Below are positions 63,106-64,000 of a stretch of 64,000 nucleotides of DNA, in pieces (the stretch's first letter is position 1; every line of letters begins with the position of its first letter). The notes under the pieces are model-generated. The model searched no databases. It saw only the letters and a list, made by a program, of their open reading frames with translations, and was not told the DNA's origin. The position numbers were made by a program, and so were the translations under genes. This stretch comes from Minisyncoccota bacterium (GTDB lineage Bacteria; Patescibacteriota; Minisyncoccia; Phycocordibacterales; UBA9973), in NCBI GenBank assembly GCA_035353995.1, contig DAOQAL010000001.1, forward strand, positions 308,104 through 372,103. The letters run 5' to 3'.

Positions 63106-63931
63106 GTTTAATGATTTTTATTTTATCATTATTAAAGATAATTTCTTTTAAATCAGAGAAAAATGACATCAAATTATATGAAGTTATTGGAGCATCACCT
63201 GGATGAGCTGATTGATTTCTCATATCAAAACAACTACGTAATCTAGTATGTTGATTTATATCAATAAGTCCCATTCCTTCTAAAACCCATAATATTTGAT
63301 TATCAAAGATTTCTCTTAATTCACTTATTGATGTCACTGGTTGTATTCCTGAAAATCTTTTAAATCTACCTGATTGTGCACTCGCCATTTGAGCTGCCAC
63401 AACATTAAATTGAGTAAATCCTATTTCTTCAATTTTATTATGGATACAATCTATGCTGGCACACCATCCAAGAATTATAGCAGCTCTCATAAAATCATGT
63501 TTGGCACAATCTATAGCTTCTTTAAGATATTTACCTTCTTCTGATTCCCCAAAATCTGATAAAAGAGAATCTAAAATTTCATGATTTATATCTTTACTAT
63601 TTGATTTAGTATGAGTTTTTAATATAATTTCATTATTAAATGATTTTAATATATCACTTGTATACTTTATATAAGTTTTTTTTAGATTTCCAGAAGAAAG
63701 ACTTAGCTGAACAAGACCTTCAAATAATTTATCATATTTTTCTATAATTTCAGGTTGGCAAAAATAATTAAGATCTTGTTTTATATTATTAATCCACTCA
63801 TTATTAAGTCTCTGTGTTTCTTCTAATAAACTTCTCTTTCTGACCTGAGAATTTTTTTCTTTTTGTAAAACAGATTTAAATTTTTTTAAATCTGTTAAAA
63901 AAGTGCTTAATTTATCTTTAAAATCACTCAT
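63098..63931 (-). CDS. HEPN-like (RxxxxH) domain protein
   Basis: YLKEAIDC...RAAIILGWCA...LRSCFDMRNQSAHP; its stop overlaps the start of the next gene. Confidence 0.7.
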   Translation of the reverse strand: MSDFKDKLSTFLTDLKKFKSVLQKEKNSQVRKRSLLEETQRLNNEWINNIKQDLNYFCQPEIIEKYDKLFEGLVQLSLSSGNLKKTYIKYTSDILKSFNNEIILKTHTKSNSKDINHEILDSLLSDFGESEEGKYLKEAIDCAKHDFMRAAIILGWCASIDCIHNKIEEIGFTQFNVVAAQMASAQSGRFKRFSGIQPVTSISELREIFDNQILWVLEGMGLIDINQHTRLRSCFDMRNQSAHPGDAPITSYNLMSFFSDLKEIIFNNDKIKIIKHD

Positions 63932-63942
63932 ACAATATAAAT

Positions 63943-64000
63943 TTATTGTGATAGGTCTTTTGCTATTTTAACCATCTCTTTTTTACCATCAGCACTCAAT
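63943..64000 (-). CDS. 3' end of an upstream gene (partial)
   Basis: ...LSADGKKEMVKIAKDLSQ* ends 11 nt before the start of the 277-aa gene. Confidence 0.5.
   Translation of the reverse strand, partial: LSADGKKEMVKIAKDLSQ

Noticed and set aside
278-63151. Numerous 60-170 aa ORFs overlapping real genes (e.g. 1309..1734, 6291..6677, 17558..18070, 46006..46479, 53749..54066)
   Set aside because: Antisense or off-frame shadows of well-supported genes; the repeated ones only mirror repeats in the giant gene
1-64000. Alternative genetic code (UGA = Gly, code 25)
   Set aside because: Conserved genes and the Gly-rich 4856-aa ORF are intact under code 11

Overview
AT-rich bacterial window read in standard code 11. 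Gene content and style point to a Patescibacteria/CPR (Parcubacteria-like) chromosome; this taxonomic call is inference from split transketolase, C-terminally short ValRS, GlmU N-domain only, a Nudix insert in LeuRS and many near-leaderless genes. 1-17 kb: dnaE 5' end, rsmE, a gap-rpiB-rpe-transketolase operon, a PfkB kinase, three secreted/surface proteins, ychF, tsaC, an rRNA methyltransferase and leuS. 17-41 kb: a co-oriented surface-structure locus with a 4856-aa modular phage-tail-fibre-like protein (S74-type self-cleaving chaperone), three WxL/pilin-like secreted proteins, a CscA-like partner, one dockerin protein, two cohesin proteins and an O-antigen-ligase-like/TPR protein. 41-60 kb: housekeeping genes (murJ, ABC transporter, lepA, ftsB-like, D-LDH, eno, ppsA, Hsp20, PrsW, valS, tsaD, glmU-N, gpmA) and four tRNAs (Gly-CCC, Arg-CCT, Phe-GAA, Val-GAC). 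60-64 kb: NADAR/Nudix genes, then a probable island edge with a multi-hairpin element, a gene bracketed by a 30-nt direct repeat and two RxxxxH (HEPN-like) genes. Fine-scale signals are 21-nt palindromes inside and between genes, very compact bidirectional promoters, and a tRNA ending 1 nt before the tsaD start codon. All family calls come from reading motifs by eye; no searches were run.
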